In this document: positions 18,701-27,889 of the stretch, piece after piece | How the letters are laid out: each line of letters begins with the position of its first letter | How positions within the stretch are numbered: position 1 is the stretch's first letter | Source: Candidatus Omnitrophota bacterium | GTDB taxonomy: Bacteria > Omnitrophota > Gorgyraeia > DTHP01 | Assembly (NCBI GenBank): GCA_023819145.1 | Contig: JAMWCW010000002.1 | Location: 75,231 to 139,230 of the forward strand | Direction of reading: 5' to 3' | DNA length: 64,000 nt | Position numbers and translations under genes: made by a program | The notes under the pieces: model-generated | What the model was told of the DNA's origin: nothing | Seen by the model: only the letters and a program-made list of their open reading frames with translations | Databases searched by the model: none

Positions 18701-21085
18701 TTATGGAATATAAAACTCTACCTTCTCCTTCTCAAAAATATAACAGATCTCTGTTGGGGACTCGTTTAACATCTTCCCAATCTCCTTCTCCAATCTTTCT
18801 CTTTCTTCTTTATTCACCAATATAATTTTTAAATTTTGCTTTTTATTTTGATATTTGATATTTATCTGGCGCTTTCCTTTCTTCTTTATCTCAAATTCTC
18901 CCAGCTTTATATATTTTCTCCCCCACCTTCCCATCCCCCAATTTCCTACTAAAGCTATTTCCTTTCCATCCACTTTAATCTCCAACTCCGGAATATCATC
19001 CATTTCAGGGGTATTCACATAGAACTCATAAACTCCCGGTTTTTCTATTTTAACCTTGCTTTTTTTACTCTCTAACTCACTAACCTGCAAACCCGCCATC
19101 TCAACTGCCAAATCCTGCCAGTTTGAATCTTTAAATACAAAATTATTTATCTTCTCTAAATTTTGATTTTTGATATTTGAATTTTGATTTTGCTCTGAAA
19201 AGAGCAATGCCGGCTTTCCCTCTAAGTATTTTGTCTGGCTAAGTGGCACAAGTGCTTCGATATCACCGGAAACAAAATTAGGAGTAGAGGGGATGTAGAA
19301 GTGGGGAAGAAAAGCTTTAGAGTCTAATTGGTATAATTCTATTTTCCCGAAATTTTTAACCTTTTTCATAAAAGGACTTTTGTCTACAAACCCATAAATC
19401 TTCTCTTCACTTAACTGTGCAAATGCCGGATTGGATCGACAGAGATATGCCCAATCAGTGTCATCATGGAATGTGACATAGCGCACATTTGCTATTTGCA
19501 GTAATGCTCTCCAAGTATCTTGCGATATAATGTTTGATTGTGGATGCATAGCGGAATCAAATAAAGGATTGACTCCACTACTTCCAGGATAAACGGGATT
19601 GAAAGTAGGTTTTCCAGACCAAATATTTAAAAAAGGCGAACCTACGAATAGCTTCTGCCAACGATAGGCTACATACATACTCTGTCGAGTAAATGTAGGG
19701 ATAGAGAGAATCCGGAAGTCTTCATCATCGTCATGCAAATACTGAGCAAACTCTGTATAGCAAAGTGGCACCTTTACAGATTGTGAACAACTATCTTTTG
19801 ACTGTGATCTGATAGGACCACCAATAAGAAATTGCCATCCGTACATAACTAAAAGGGTTGTAACGGTTATCACTGCAATAGTTAAATGTTTCCAAGATTT
19901 AGTGGAAGCTATTCGCATGATCTCCCCAATGGCAAGACCAATAAGCAAGGTTAAGGCAAATACCGCTATGGTCTCAAAGTAAGTCGGATTGCGAAATAGG
20001 CGCGTTACATAAGGATGAGATAAAAATATAATTTTACCAACTGCACTAAGCGGTTCCCTAATCCCCTTGCCAAGAAATAGAATTATGACTAAAAGCACTC
20101 CTGGAAATATAGCAGTGCATCTTGTCTTACAACTCAGAAGAGCAAATGCAGAAATTGCTACGAAACCAAAAGTAATCAAAGTCATAAGAGGAGCATAGTA
20201 ATATGCAACCCAGGGAAATATACTCGCGTGGGCAGGATATGGTAGCATTCTAAAACCATCAATGAGTTTAACACTTAAACCTTCTATTACACCCACATCT
20301 GTAAAGCCTGGTTCGGCACGGAGCACATATGCCTCGTGTAAACTGAATAATAAATGACCCAGCCAGTAGAAATTAGCAAGAAACATGATAATGAACAGCG
20401 TAAGTGATTTGCGAACCACCTTAACACGGGCGTCCCGATTTGACCACGCCAGAGCAATCGAAGAAATAACATAGCTACCAATGAGTATTAGGTGAAGTAC
20501 AAAATATTGTAAAGTAGAATAACCCGCTGAACCCAAAAAAAGTGATACTATCCCAAAAATAGCCAGCTCTCGTTTGCTAGAATGGGGGCGCATTGCACGT
20601 ACAACTAAACTAAACAAAAAAGGAGTAGCAACATAAAAGGGCAATACGCGCAAGTTAGTAATTTCTAGAGGCATCCCAGACATTACCATTGGACTCAGAA
20701 GATAAAATGCACCAGAAATTAAAGAGGCAATTGGGGTAAAACCAAGGGTTCTTGCGAGGATAAACATGCTACCCATACAACCAACGAAACCAAAATAAAG
20801 AAATAAAACTTGCCCACCATGGCTGCTACCGCCAATAGCTACTGCCAGCGCCTTATACGCACGGTATAAAAAACAGGAAGGTTCAGTATTCGAATTGCCA
20901 AACCCAGCTATGTTAACCCAAGCAAATAAATACCTAGTTGCATTCTCCCATAATGCAGAAACATTAAACCAGGGCTGGATTATACCATGGGCTAAGACTT
21001 CGCCGCGCGGAAGCCAAAATAGACTCGGAATAGGCAATACAAATATAGCAAGAATAGCCAAAAAATTTTTATTTAGCTTTTTCAC
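18701..21085 (-). CDS. Large polytopic membrane protein with a C-terminal extracytoplasmic domain, GT-C/YfhO-like
   Basis: 794 aa. At least 12 TM helices in the first ~420 aa. The hydrophilic C-terminal half is low-complexity (QNQNSNIKNQN). Confidence 0.4.
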   Translation of the reverse strand: MKKLNKNFLAILAIFVLPIPSLFWLPRGEVLAHGIIQPWFNVSALWENATRYLFAWVNIAGFGNSNTEPSCFLYRAYKALAVAIGGSSHGGQVLFLYFGFVGCMGSMFILARTLGFTPIASLISGAFYLLSPMVMSGMPLEITNLRVLPFYVATPFLFSLVVRAMRPHSSKRELAIFGIVSLFLGSAGYSTLQYFVLHLILIGSYVISSIALAWSNRDARVKVVRKSLTLFIIMFLANFYWLGHLLFSLHEAYVLRAEPGFTDVGVIEGLSVKLIDGFRMLPYPAHASIFPWVAYYYAPLMTLITFGFVAISAFALLSCKTRCTAIFPGVLLVIILFLGKGIREPLSAVGKIIFLSHPYVTRLFRNPTYFETIAVFALTLLIGLAIGEIMRIASTKSWKHLTIAVITVTTLLVMYGWQFLIGGPIRSQSKDSCSQSVKVPLCYTEFAQYLHDDDEDFRILSIPTFTRQSMYVAYRWQKLFVGSPFLNIWSGKPTFNPVYPGSSGVNPLFDSAMHPQSNIISQDTWRALLQIANVRYVTFHDDTDWAYLCRSNPAFAQLSEEKIYGFVDKSPFMKKVKNFGKIELYQLDSKAFLPHFYIPSTPNFVSGDIEALVPLSQTKYLEGKPALLFSEQNQNSNIKNQNLEKINNFVFKDSNWQDLAVEMAGLQVSELESKKSKVKIEKPGVYEFYVNTPEMDDIPELEIKVDGKEIALVGNWGMGRWGRKYIKLGEFEIKKKGKRQINIKYQNKKQNLKIILVNKEERERLEKEIGKMLNESPTEICYIFEKEKVEFYIP

Positions 21086-21112
21086 GCTTATTCTTTGTTT
21101 GTTTTTTAAAAA

Positions 21113-21856
21113 TTATGACAACCTATCTCTTCCAAAAAATCTTGACAAATGATTTCTAAGTGCGACAAAAATTTTTATCCCAAATCCTAAATGAGACAGT
21201 TTACCTTTAATTTGAATTTTTAAAACTATGATTTTCATAAAGTCTGATTTCAGGAACAGCTTCTCGTAAAACCGACAAGAATAGACAGTTTCCTTTGGAG
21301 AAAGGTATTTAGTGTTTCTAAAAACAGCTCTGTATATTTTTCCGATTCTATGGCTTATCCATAAAATGGGGTTAGAGCCATTTGGTTCGATAGCGATTAT
21401 ATATCCTTCTGACTTCAGCCATCTCCATGAGTTTTTTACAAATATTTCTAACTCACTTTTATATAAATGGTGTAATATGAAAGGACAAATAATTATATCA
21501 AAGGTTTCGTTTTCAAATAGGTTTTGGTTTATAATATTGTCATGAATTGCAACGTAGTTTTTCGGCTTAAGTAATCTCAGGTAACCAATTAGATTGTTTG
21601 AAATATCAACACCAGTAATTGTGATTTTTTGTTTCAGGTGAGCGAGGATTTTCCTGCCAAATATACCTGTCCCGCAACCTGCTTCAAGTATTTGTAAGTT
21701 ATCTAAACGATTCTTTTCAATTATCTCTGATTTTACTATCTCCAAAAAATTATTATAGTCTGTTTCTGTCAAAACATTATATTCTCCGCTAGAAATGTTA
21801 TTAAAGAATTTTGCCTCCCGACTACTACTATCTGCAATATTTTTCTCAGAAAACAA
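21113..21856 (-). CDS. Class I SAM-dependent methyltransferase
   Basis: ILEAGCGTGIFGRKI motif I, DIIICPFILHHL. Confidence 0.75.
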   Translation of the reverse strand: MFSEKNIADSSSREAKFFNNISSGEYNVLTETDYNNFLEIVKSEIIEKNRLDNLQILEAGCGTGIFGRKILAHLKQKITITGVDISNNLIGYLRLLKPKNYVAIHDNIINQNLFENETFDIIICPFILHHLYKSELEIFVKNSWRWLKSEGYIIAIEPNGSNPILWISHRIGKIYRAVFRNTKYLSPKETVYSCRFYEKLFLKSDFMKIIVLKIQIKGKLSHLGFGIKIFVALRNHLSRFFGRDRLS

Positions 21857-22193
21857 GATATTCTCCTTTCTTAGTTAAGAAATCCCTTTGCGTATGCATA
21901 AAGATTTTAATAGCCTCACATTGCGTAATGAATGTGTTTGTAAACTTTTTATTTTACTTGCCAATTCTGTTCTTATTTTATTCTTAGGATATAAATATGC
22001 ACCCTGAATCTTTCATCTCTGAAAACCTACTCCTTTTTAATCACTTTAATTGGTTTAACCATTCAACTCTTCGTCCTTATTAGGACAAGGTCTATTGATT
22101 CGACCCCGGGCTTCCCAATCATTTTAACGAGCTCTCAAATATGGCCCAGAAAAAAATCTACTAGGCTTGCCTAGGAGTATATTTTTTGGATTT

Positions 22194-22357
22194 TAGGATT
22201 TGAAGTAATCATACATACTTTGTCTATCAAAGTGATTGAGCTTTTCCTCTTCTATGAAAGCACCTTCCTCATCAACCACTGCTACCTTTGAATACGTCTT
22301 GTGCTGACCGATAGCCATAAAATACTTAAATCTCCTTTTTTGGTTTAACTCTTCCAT
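22194..22357 (-). pseudogene. IS110-family (DEDD) transposase N-terminal remnant, 54 codons
   Basis: The minus strand reads MEELNQKRRFKYFMAIGQHKTYSKVAVVDEEGAFIEEEKLNHFDRQSMYDYFKS*. This matches the IS110 N-terminal pattern (GxDxHkxxSxVxVxDExG), preceded by an AGGAGG SD. No continuation in any frame downstream. Confidence 0.4.
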
Positions 22358-22435
22358 AGCTACTTCCTCCTTTCTCTTTCTGGGACTTTTTATTATTATG
22401 TCGGTTCTTTTTAGAGGAAGTAGGTTTTCATAATA

Positions 22436-23344
22436 TCATTTTATTATTCCTGATAAATACCCTTTAATATAACTTTTTACTAAATCACTTCTTCTATAAT
22501 ACAAAAAGATTAAACAATATTGAATTAAAAGAATATTGTTAAAAATCAATAGATATAATATAAAGCTTAGCTTACTTGCAAATTTCTTCATAAATAGTGT
22601 TCGATTCCTAGCTGCGTAGAAAACCTTATATGGGTTATCAAACCCTATCAAACCACGCAGACCTTTACTTATCTTTCGTAATGGTATATTATGATAAACT
22701 ACCGCGGTTGGACAAAACATGATTTTATACCCTGCTTTTCTTGCTCTCATTGCCCAATCAGACTCTTCATAACACACAACATAACTTGTGTCAAGTACTC
22801 CTATCTTTTCAATGACGCATTTTTTGACTAACCACACATTTGGGATGTGACCTACCTCTCGAATCCGATCATGTTGCCCCTTATCAATTTCACTAATACC
22901 AATATATCTCCCCCTACTAGTTAGCAAGCTTATTTCTGCCCCGGCATACCAAATCCGTTCCGGGTCATTGAAATAATACATTTTAGGTCCGACAAATCCT
23001 ATTTTCTCATCAGTTTCAGCCAATTTTACAAGCTCAGTTAAAAAATTCTTATCTACTATATTGTCGTTATCTACAAAGCACAGATATTCCCCTTTCGCGT
23101 GTCTTATACCCTCATTTCTTCCACCGGCAGCGCCAAGGTTTTGGCTAAGCTCCAAAATTTTAATGTTCTTAATATTAGAAAACTTTTCTTTTATAATATT
23201 TGCTGTATTATCCTGTGATGCATTATCAACAACTATAATTTCGAAATTAGGATAAGAAATATTGAGCAGTGAACTAATACATTCAAGAACTTCCTTTTCA
23301 CGATTGTAAGTTGGTATAATAATAGAAACTAACTTCTTTTCCAT
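22436..23344 (-). CDS. GT2 glycosyltransferase
   Basis: VSIIIPTYNREKEV...EIIVVDNASQD...FVDNDN. Confidence 0.8.
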   Translation of the reverse strand: MEKKLVSIIIPTYNREKEVLECISSLLNISYPNFEIIVVDNASQDNTANIIKEKFSNIKNIKILELSQNLGAAGGRNEGIRHAKGEYLCFVDNDNIVDKNFLTELVKLAETDEKIGFVGPKMYYFNDPERIWYAGAEISLLTSRGRYIGISEIDKGQHDRIREVGHIPNVWLVKKCVIEKIGVLDTSYVVCYEESDWAMRARKAGYKIMFCPTAVVYHNIPLRKISKGLRGLIGFDNPYKVFYAARNRTLFMKKFASKLSFILYLLIFNNILLIQYCLIFLYYRRSDLVKSYIKGYLSGIIK

Positions 23345-24035
23345 TATGCTTTTTTTATTTTAATTGTTAAAAACGCCGCATGCCTCGGGTCTAACCTGCT
23401 TAAAAGGTTCGGCAAAGGATAATATCCTGCTCCTAATATTTTTTCTATCTTAAATCTTTTAATCTCAAAAATCTCCTTTAGCCCTTGATAAGCCAAAACT
23501 CTGATATGCTGCATTGATGGAAAAATAAGATTCTCTAAACGACGATAAGCAAGAGGATTCCCTGTACCCAATCTATCCCTTAAAATATTGGTCATTGAAA
23601 ATGGTTGCCAGCCAAAGAGTAATGAAAAAATATTATGCCAACTGGCTAAATTTTCTGTTGAGATCACTGCGTACCCCCCCGTCTCAATATACGATAAATC
23701 TCATCGACAAAGTTATCAGTATCAAAAAGATGCTCAATTAGTTGATTAGCAATCACCACATCAAATGAAGCATCATCAAATGGAATCTTTTTGTTCAGGT
23801 CAGCTTGTTTTACCTTAATTCCTTTTGCTTTTGCTACATTAGCCAACTCTTCGTCGATTTCAATTCCAAATATCTCTCTGACTCCAATCTTGGAAGCAGC
23901 TCGTAGTGTAAACTCACCATTACCACAACCACAGTCTAAGACAACTGCATTAGGATTGTATTCCAACACCGAGAGAACATTATTATAATTACTTCTTTCT
24001 CCTTTAAGCCAAATCTTCAATAAGAACCCTTTCAT
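23344..24035 (-). pseudogene. MetW-like SAM-dependent methyltransferase, frameshifted at a G7 homopolymer (forward C7 at 23674-23680). Possibly a sequencing error.
   Basis: The upstream ORF (23664..24035) has VVLDCGCGNGEF...FDVVIANQLIEHL...RILRRGGTQ*. The downstream ORF continues (Y)AVISTENLASWHNIFSLLFGWQPFS. One extra G fuses them as ...RRGGGYAVIS... Confidence 0.65.
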
Positions 24036-24712
24036 TTGTTAGCCCTCACAAATAGAGTTACAAAACCATTATTATTTAAGTATTCCTCTTCTCTTTTTCT
24101 TTCAAACCAACTCTTGAAAGGGATTTCTCTTTTGAAACCCCACTTAAAGAAATAAAGCAAAATCATAGAAAATAATTCGTGAAAACCACCCCCATAATCT
24201 ATTTTTTTCAATTTTAATCCAGCCTCTGAGAAAATTTTTACAATACTATCCTTTGAATAATGCCTATGTCCAAGGTACCACGCAGGATCGAGTATCTTGG
24301 AGAATAACGAATTATTAGGAGTTGATATCACTAATTTCCCATCTGACTTTAAAACTCTTTTTATCTCACTTAAGGCAATTGTCTCTTTATTCTTAGGAAG
24401 GTGTTCTAAAACATCAAACATTGTGACAAGATCAAAATAATTTGTCCCAAATTGTGATAAATCCAATATGGAGGCTTTAAAAAATTTGGCTCTTTTGTCT
24501 TTCACTTGGGTCTTAACATTAACTAAATTATCCTCATTCGTATCTATCCCAATGATCTCTAAACAACCATTTTCAATTGCAAATTTTTCAAACCAACCAT
24601 TGTAACATCCAATATTAAGTATCTTCTTATCTTTTATATCCCCACAAAATTCCATACATTTCTTATGCCTACCAGTCAGTCTTTCCTCTATTGAATCTGA
24701 ATATTTTTTCAT
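24032..24712 (-). CDS. Class I SAM-dependent methyltransferase
   Basis: ILNIGCYNGWF motif I, FDLVTMFDVLEHL, ...DGKLVISTPN. Confidence 0.75.
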   Translation of the reverse strand: MKKYSDSIEERLTGRHKKCMEFCGDIKDKKILNIGCYNGWFEKFAIENGCLEIIGIDTNEDNLVNVKTQVKDKRAKFFKASILDLSQFGTNYFDLVTMFDVLEHLPKNKETIALSEIKRVLKSDGKLVISTPNNSLFSKILDPAWYLGHRHYSKDSIVKIFSEAGLKLKKIDYGGGFHELFSMILLYFFKWGFKREIPFKSWFERKREEEYLNNNGFVTLFVRANK

Positions 24713-25518
24713 CTTCTAAGCAAGTATTGAATTCCAACCATAACTCTTAAAAAATACATATTTAATGCTAATATCGGATGGCTCAGAAATTTCTTCCACT
24801 TTTCATTTTCCGTGAACACTCCAAAATATCTATACCAAAAGCCTAATTGTTTTTTTATGACATGATCGCCTTCGCCCCATTTTTGGATATATTTATTGAA
24901 TGATTGGGCATAATAAGTTTTTTTATATAAATATTTTTTAAGATTAAACTCACCTTCATTATGATAAATTGTAGATTCTATGATGTTAACCTTACCAACT
25001 TTTCTAATTCTTCTGTCAAAATCCCAATCTTCTGGCCCAGTTAAATTTTCATCAAATCCACCAATTTCTAAGAATTTATCTCTACGCACAAATCTGACAC
25101 AATCGATACAGGTAGCATTATAAAAACTTCTCTCAAAATCCCTTACTTTAATCCAGAAACCTTTGCCAATTATTCTCTCTGGGATATACAATGCAACTAT
25201 GTCTTTCCTTTCACATTTCTCTACACATTCAGAAATAACATTTTTAGATAAAATCATATCGGCATCAAGATATAAAATATATTTTCCCTTTGCCTGTCTT
25301 ACTCCAAAATTCCTCTGTGCTGAGCGTTCCGGGCCATAATTATAGACTTTATCTGTATATTTTAAAGCAATCTCTTTTGTTTTATCGCTTGAATTATTAT
25401 CAACCACAATTATCTCTAATTTCTCCTGAGGATAGGTCTGAGCTTTAACTGATTTTAGACAATTATCAATATTTCTCTCTTCATTCTTAGTGGTAATAAT
25501 TACAGAAATATCGATCAT
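24709..25518 (-). CDS. GT2 glycosyltransferase
   Basis: ISVIITTKNEERNI...EIIVVDNNSSDKT...YLDADM. Confidence 0.8.
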   Translation of the reverse strand: MIDISVIITTKNEERNIDNCLKSVKAQTYPQEKLEIIVVDNNSSDKTKEIALKYTDKVYNYGPERSAQRNFGVRQAKGKYILYLDADMILSKNVISECVEKCERKDIVALYIPERIIGKGFWIKVRDFERSFYNATCIDCVRFVRRDKFLEIGGFDENLTGPEDWDFDRRIRKVGKVNIIESTIYHNEGEFNLKKYLYKKTYYAQSFNKYIQKWGEGDHVIKKQLGFWYRYFGVFTENEKWKKFLSHPILALNMYFLRVMVGIQYLLRR

Positions 25519-26684
25519 TTTAATAAAATCTCATTTAAATCACGAATTGCTTCCCGAAAGTCAAATTGTTTGGCATAAATTCGGGCTTCTTCACTTGTAT
25601 TTTGATATAAATTCTTATCTTTTAAAAGTTCAATAATTTTATCGGAAAATTTATTCAGGTCAAAACAAGGAACTTTAAACATACCTTTTGTAAAATATAA
25701 CCTTAATGATTCCAAATCAAAACCAACTACAGGTAACCCCCAAGCCATAGCTTCTACCGTCGCCATCCCAAAGGTCTCATACAAGGAAGGCTGAACAAAA
25801 ACCTTAGAAATCTTGAAAACTTCGTATTTCTCTCTACCATCTTTAAAACCTAATAATTCAACACTATTCTGCAAGCACTTGGAAATAATTTTTTCTCTTA
25901 ATTTATCCTGCAATATTCCTGCACCAATAATTGCTAAGCGAGCTTTTGGTATTTTTTGGCATACTTTTCCCCATATATCTATTAATTGCAATACACCTTT
26001 CTGTGGATGCAATCTCCCTACGAAACACCCATCATAAATTTTTTTTTCAAAAGGGATGAATTGAGCAGCAGAAAAGTATCTTTCAGTTTCGTTTATATCT
26101 ACAACACCTTTAAAAACCATAATCTTATTAGCATCTCTTTTCCGATTAATAAAGCTTTTGATATAATCATAATTTGTAACTAAGACTATATCTGAAACAT
26201 TTTTTGTAATATAATATGAGATCAATTGACTCAACCAATAAAAAACACCAATAATAAAATACTTGCCTTTGTAAGGATTATTTTTTTGCCATGGTTTCGG
26301 AGCAAAGAGATAAAAGGCGGAAATCCATTTTATTTTTTTATTTTTAATTTTGTTTATTAATGCGGGTAGGACATCGGGCAGAAAATCTGAAGAAGAAAAG
26401 ACTACCTCGTATTCGTATGTATTTAAAAAAATGCCTCTTATCACTGAAACGAGTGTTTTATAAATATAAGAGATACGGATATTTAATTTATCCAAAAAGA
26501 AGCTTCTCCATATTTCAAGATTGCTTTCTTTTATTCCACTATTTAAACAAAAGTTAAATCCCTTTTCATTAGTTACAATCAAAATTTTATTGTTATGATT
26601 CTGCCAATATTTACAGCATTTAACAAATATTTTATCTCCTCCACTTGCTACATTAAAAGTATTAGCAAAGACCAAAATTTTCAT
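25515..26684 (-). CDS. GT4 glycosyltransferase
   Basis: YETFGMATVEAMAWGLPVVGFD (E-x7-E region). Confidence 0.75.
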   Translation of the reverse strand: MKILVFANTFNVASGGDKIFVKCCKYWQNHNNKILIVTNEKGFNFCLNSGIKESNLEIWRSFFLDKLNIRISYIYKTLVSVIRGIFLNTYEYEVVFSSSDFLPDVLPALINKIKNKKIKWISAFYLFAPKPWQKNNPYKGKYFIIGVFYWLSQLISYYITKNVSDIVLVTNYDYIKSFINRKRDANKIMVFKGVVDINETERYFSAAQFIPFEKKIYDGCFVGRLHPQKGVLQLIDIWGKVCQKIPKARLAIIGAGILQDKLREKIISKCLQNSVELLGFKDGREKYEVFKISKVFVQPSLYETFGMATVEAMAWGLPVVGFDLESLRLYFTKGMFKVPCFDLNKFSDKIIELLKDKNLYQNTSEEARIYAKQFDFREAIRDLNEILLK

Positions 26685-27713
26685 TTAATCTTTGGGTGGA
26701 ATATATACATCATGCTCATTACTAAAAATATATCCAAACATCAAACTTTTACCACCAATAACATGGATGCGATTGTTTAATGACACTGCTACTGCAGCGT
26801 AGCGACCTAAAGGCATATCTTTTCTACGGTACCAGCGGTCTTGTAATATTTTGTATTCATAAGTATGTCCGGAAATTGCCCAACCTTGTTCTCCTCCAAA
26901 AATAAAAATACTATCGTCTATCCCTACCGCAGGAAAACCGCATAAAGGTAATGGTAAAGGAGCGCGCTTTTCCCATTTACCAGTCATAGGATTATATGCC
27001 TCATTAATATCCAATGGCTCAAACATAGAGGTAATATATCCGCCTAAGGCAAATATTAATCCTCCTGCAGTGGTACTTGCTAAATGTTCTCGTGGCGTGG
27101 GTAGAGGTGGCAAAATCTCCCATTTATCTGTATGTGGATTATAAGCCTCGAACTCTTTTCTAACTTTTTTCTTCTTCCATCCGTGAGGAACGGCACCACC
27201 CATAACATAAATTAAATTGTCATGAACTGCTACCCCTGCTGCCCCTCTTTTAGTAGGCATATCTCTTTTTCTCCTCCAGATATATTCTTTTGGATTATAT
27301 TCAAATACATAACTATAAGCACTGATGCGTAATCCATTTCCTCCTAACACATAAATTTTACCATTTAAGCTTGCTACAGCAGGATGATGTATAATTACTG
27401 GGAAAGGAACAACTTCTCGCCAAGTGTCATTATCCACATTATAAACCTCAACCTTTCTGAGCACATTGTAAACGGTAGGAATACTTAATCCGCCTATTAC
27501 ATAAATCTCATTATTTAATACCGTAGCACCAAATTCATAACGCCATGAAGGTATAGGGGCGGCTTTCAGCCATTCATCATTAGATTCATCTATGTAATCT
27601 ATTCCTTTTTTTAAGCTTCTATCGGGTCTGAAAATAACCTCTCGAAGATAACTTTCCAAGGCGAAAGGAATCAGTTTAGGTTTTTTTATTAATAATTTTA
27701 AGGTGTTATTCAT
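26685..27713 (-). CDS. Kelch-repeat beta-propeller protein (NanM-like mutarotase fold possible)
   Basis: Six repeats, each with a hydrophobic-x-GG motif (IYVIGG, IYVLGG, IYVMGG, IFALGG, IFIFGG, IHVIGG) and W/Y spacing. Confidence 0.7.
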   Translation of the reverse strand: MNNTLKLLIKKPKLIPFALESYLREVIFRPDRSLKKGIDYIDESNDEWLKAAPIPSWRYEFGATVLNNEIYVIGGLSIPTVYNVLRKVEVYNVDNDTWREVVPFPVIIHHPAVASLNGKIYVLGGNGLRISAYSYVFEYNPKEYIWRRKRDMPTKRGAAGVAVHDNLIYVMGGAVPHGWKKKKVRKEFEAYNPHTDKWEILPPLPTPREHLASTTAGGLIFALGGYITSMFEPLDINEAYNPMTGKWEKRAPLPLPLCGFPAVGIDDSIFIFGGEQGWAISGHTYEYKILQDRWYRRKDMPLGRYAAVAVSLNNRIHVIGGKSLMFGYIFSNEHDVYIPPKD

Positions 27714-27781
27714 AATATCAAATCTCTTTTAAAATCAATGTTTCGTTTTCTCTTTTCAGAGATAATACAGAATAGATAAAA

Positions 27782-27859
27782 TTAATTTTGATTAAATATC
27801 CTTACAAAATTTGGTCCCCAGTGACCTAAACCGATAATTCCTAAGTTAATCTTTTTCAT
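27782..27859 (-). pseudogene. Remnant N-terminus (25 codons) of a Gfo/Idh/MocA-family sugar dehydrogenase
   Basis: The minus strand reads MKKINLGIIGLGHWGPNFVRIFNQN*, a Rossmann N-terminus of Gfo/Idh/MocA oxidoreductases. It ends after 25 aa, 68 nt before the Kelch gene start. Confidence 0.35.
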
Positions 27860-27889
27860 ATATTTTTGGAGGTCTCATCTCCAATAGAT

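Noticed and set aside
19163-19181. Exact 19-mer TTTGATTTTTGATATTTGA shared between the coding region at 19163..19181 and the aspS-hisS intergenic region at 57317..57335.
   Set aside because: It is low-complexity (three TTTGA units) in an AT-rich genome. One copy is inside a coding region encoding a Q/N/K-rich segment. There is no third copy and no consistent position relative to genes. It could be chance or slippage rather than a functional element, though it was noted in case a genome-wide search finds more copies.
22080-22125. tRNA-like 3' fragment 'ggtctattgattcgaccccgggcttccca' near the IS remnant (a possible IS target or att site).
   Set aside because: No acceptor/T-arm pairing can be drawn and there is no D or anticodon arm. 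The only support is resemblance to a TTCGA...CCA T-loop, so no cloverleaf is supported.
22157-22176. Palindrome CTAGGC-TT-GCCTAG in the 21.9-22.4 kb spacer.
   Set aside because: It is a single 6-bp-arm palindrome with no partner and no context (no T-run, no adjacent gene end). It is too short to interpret.
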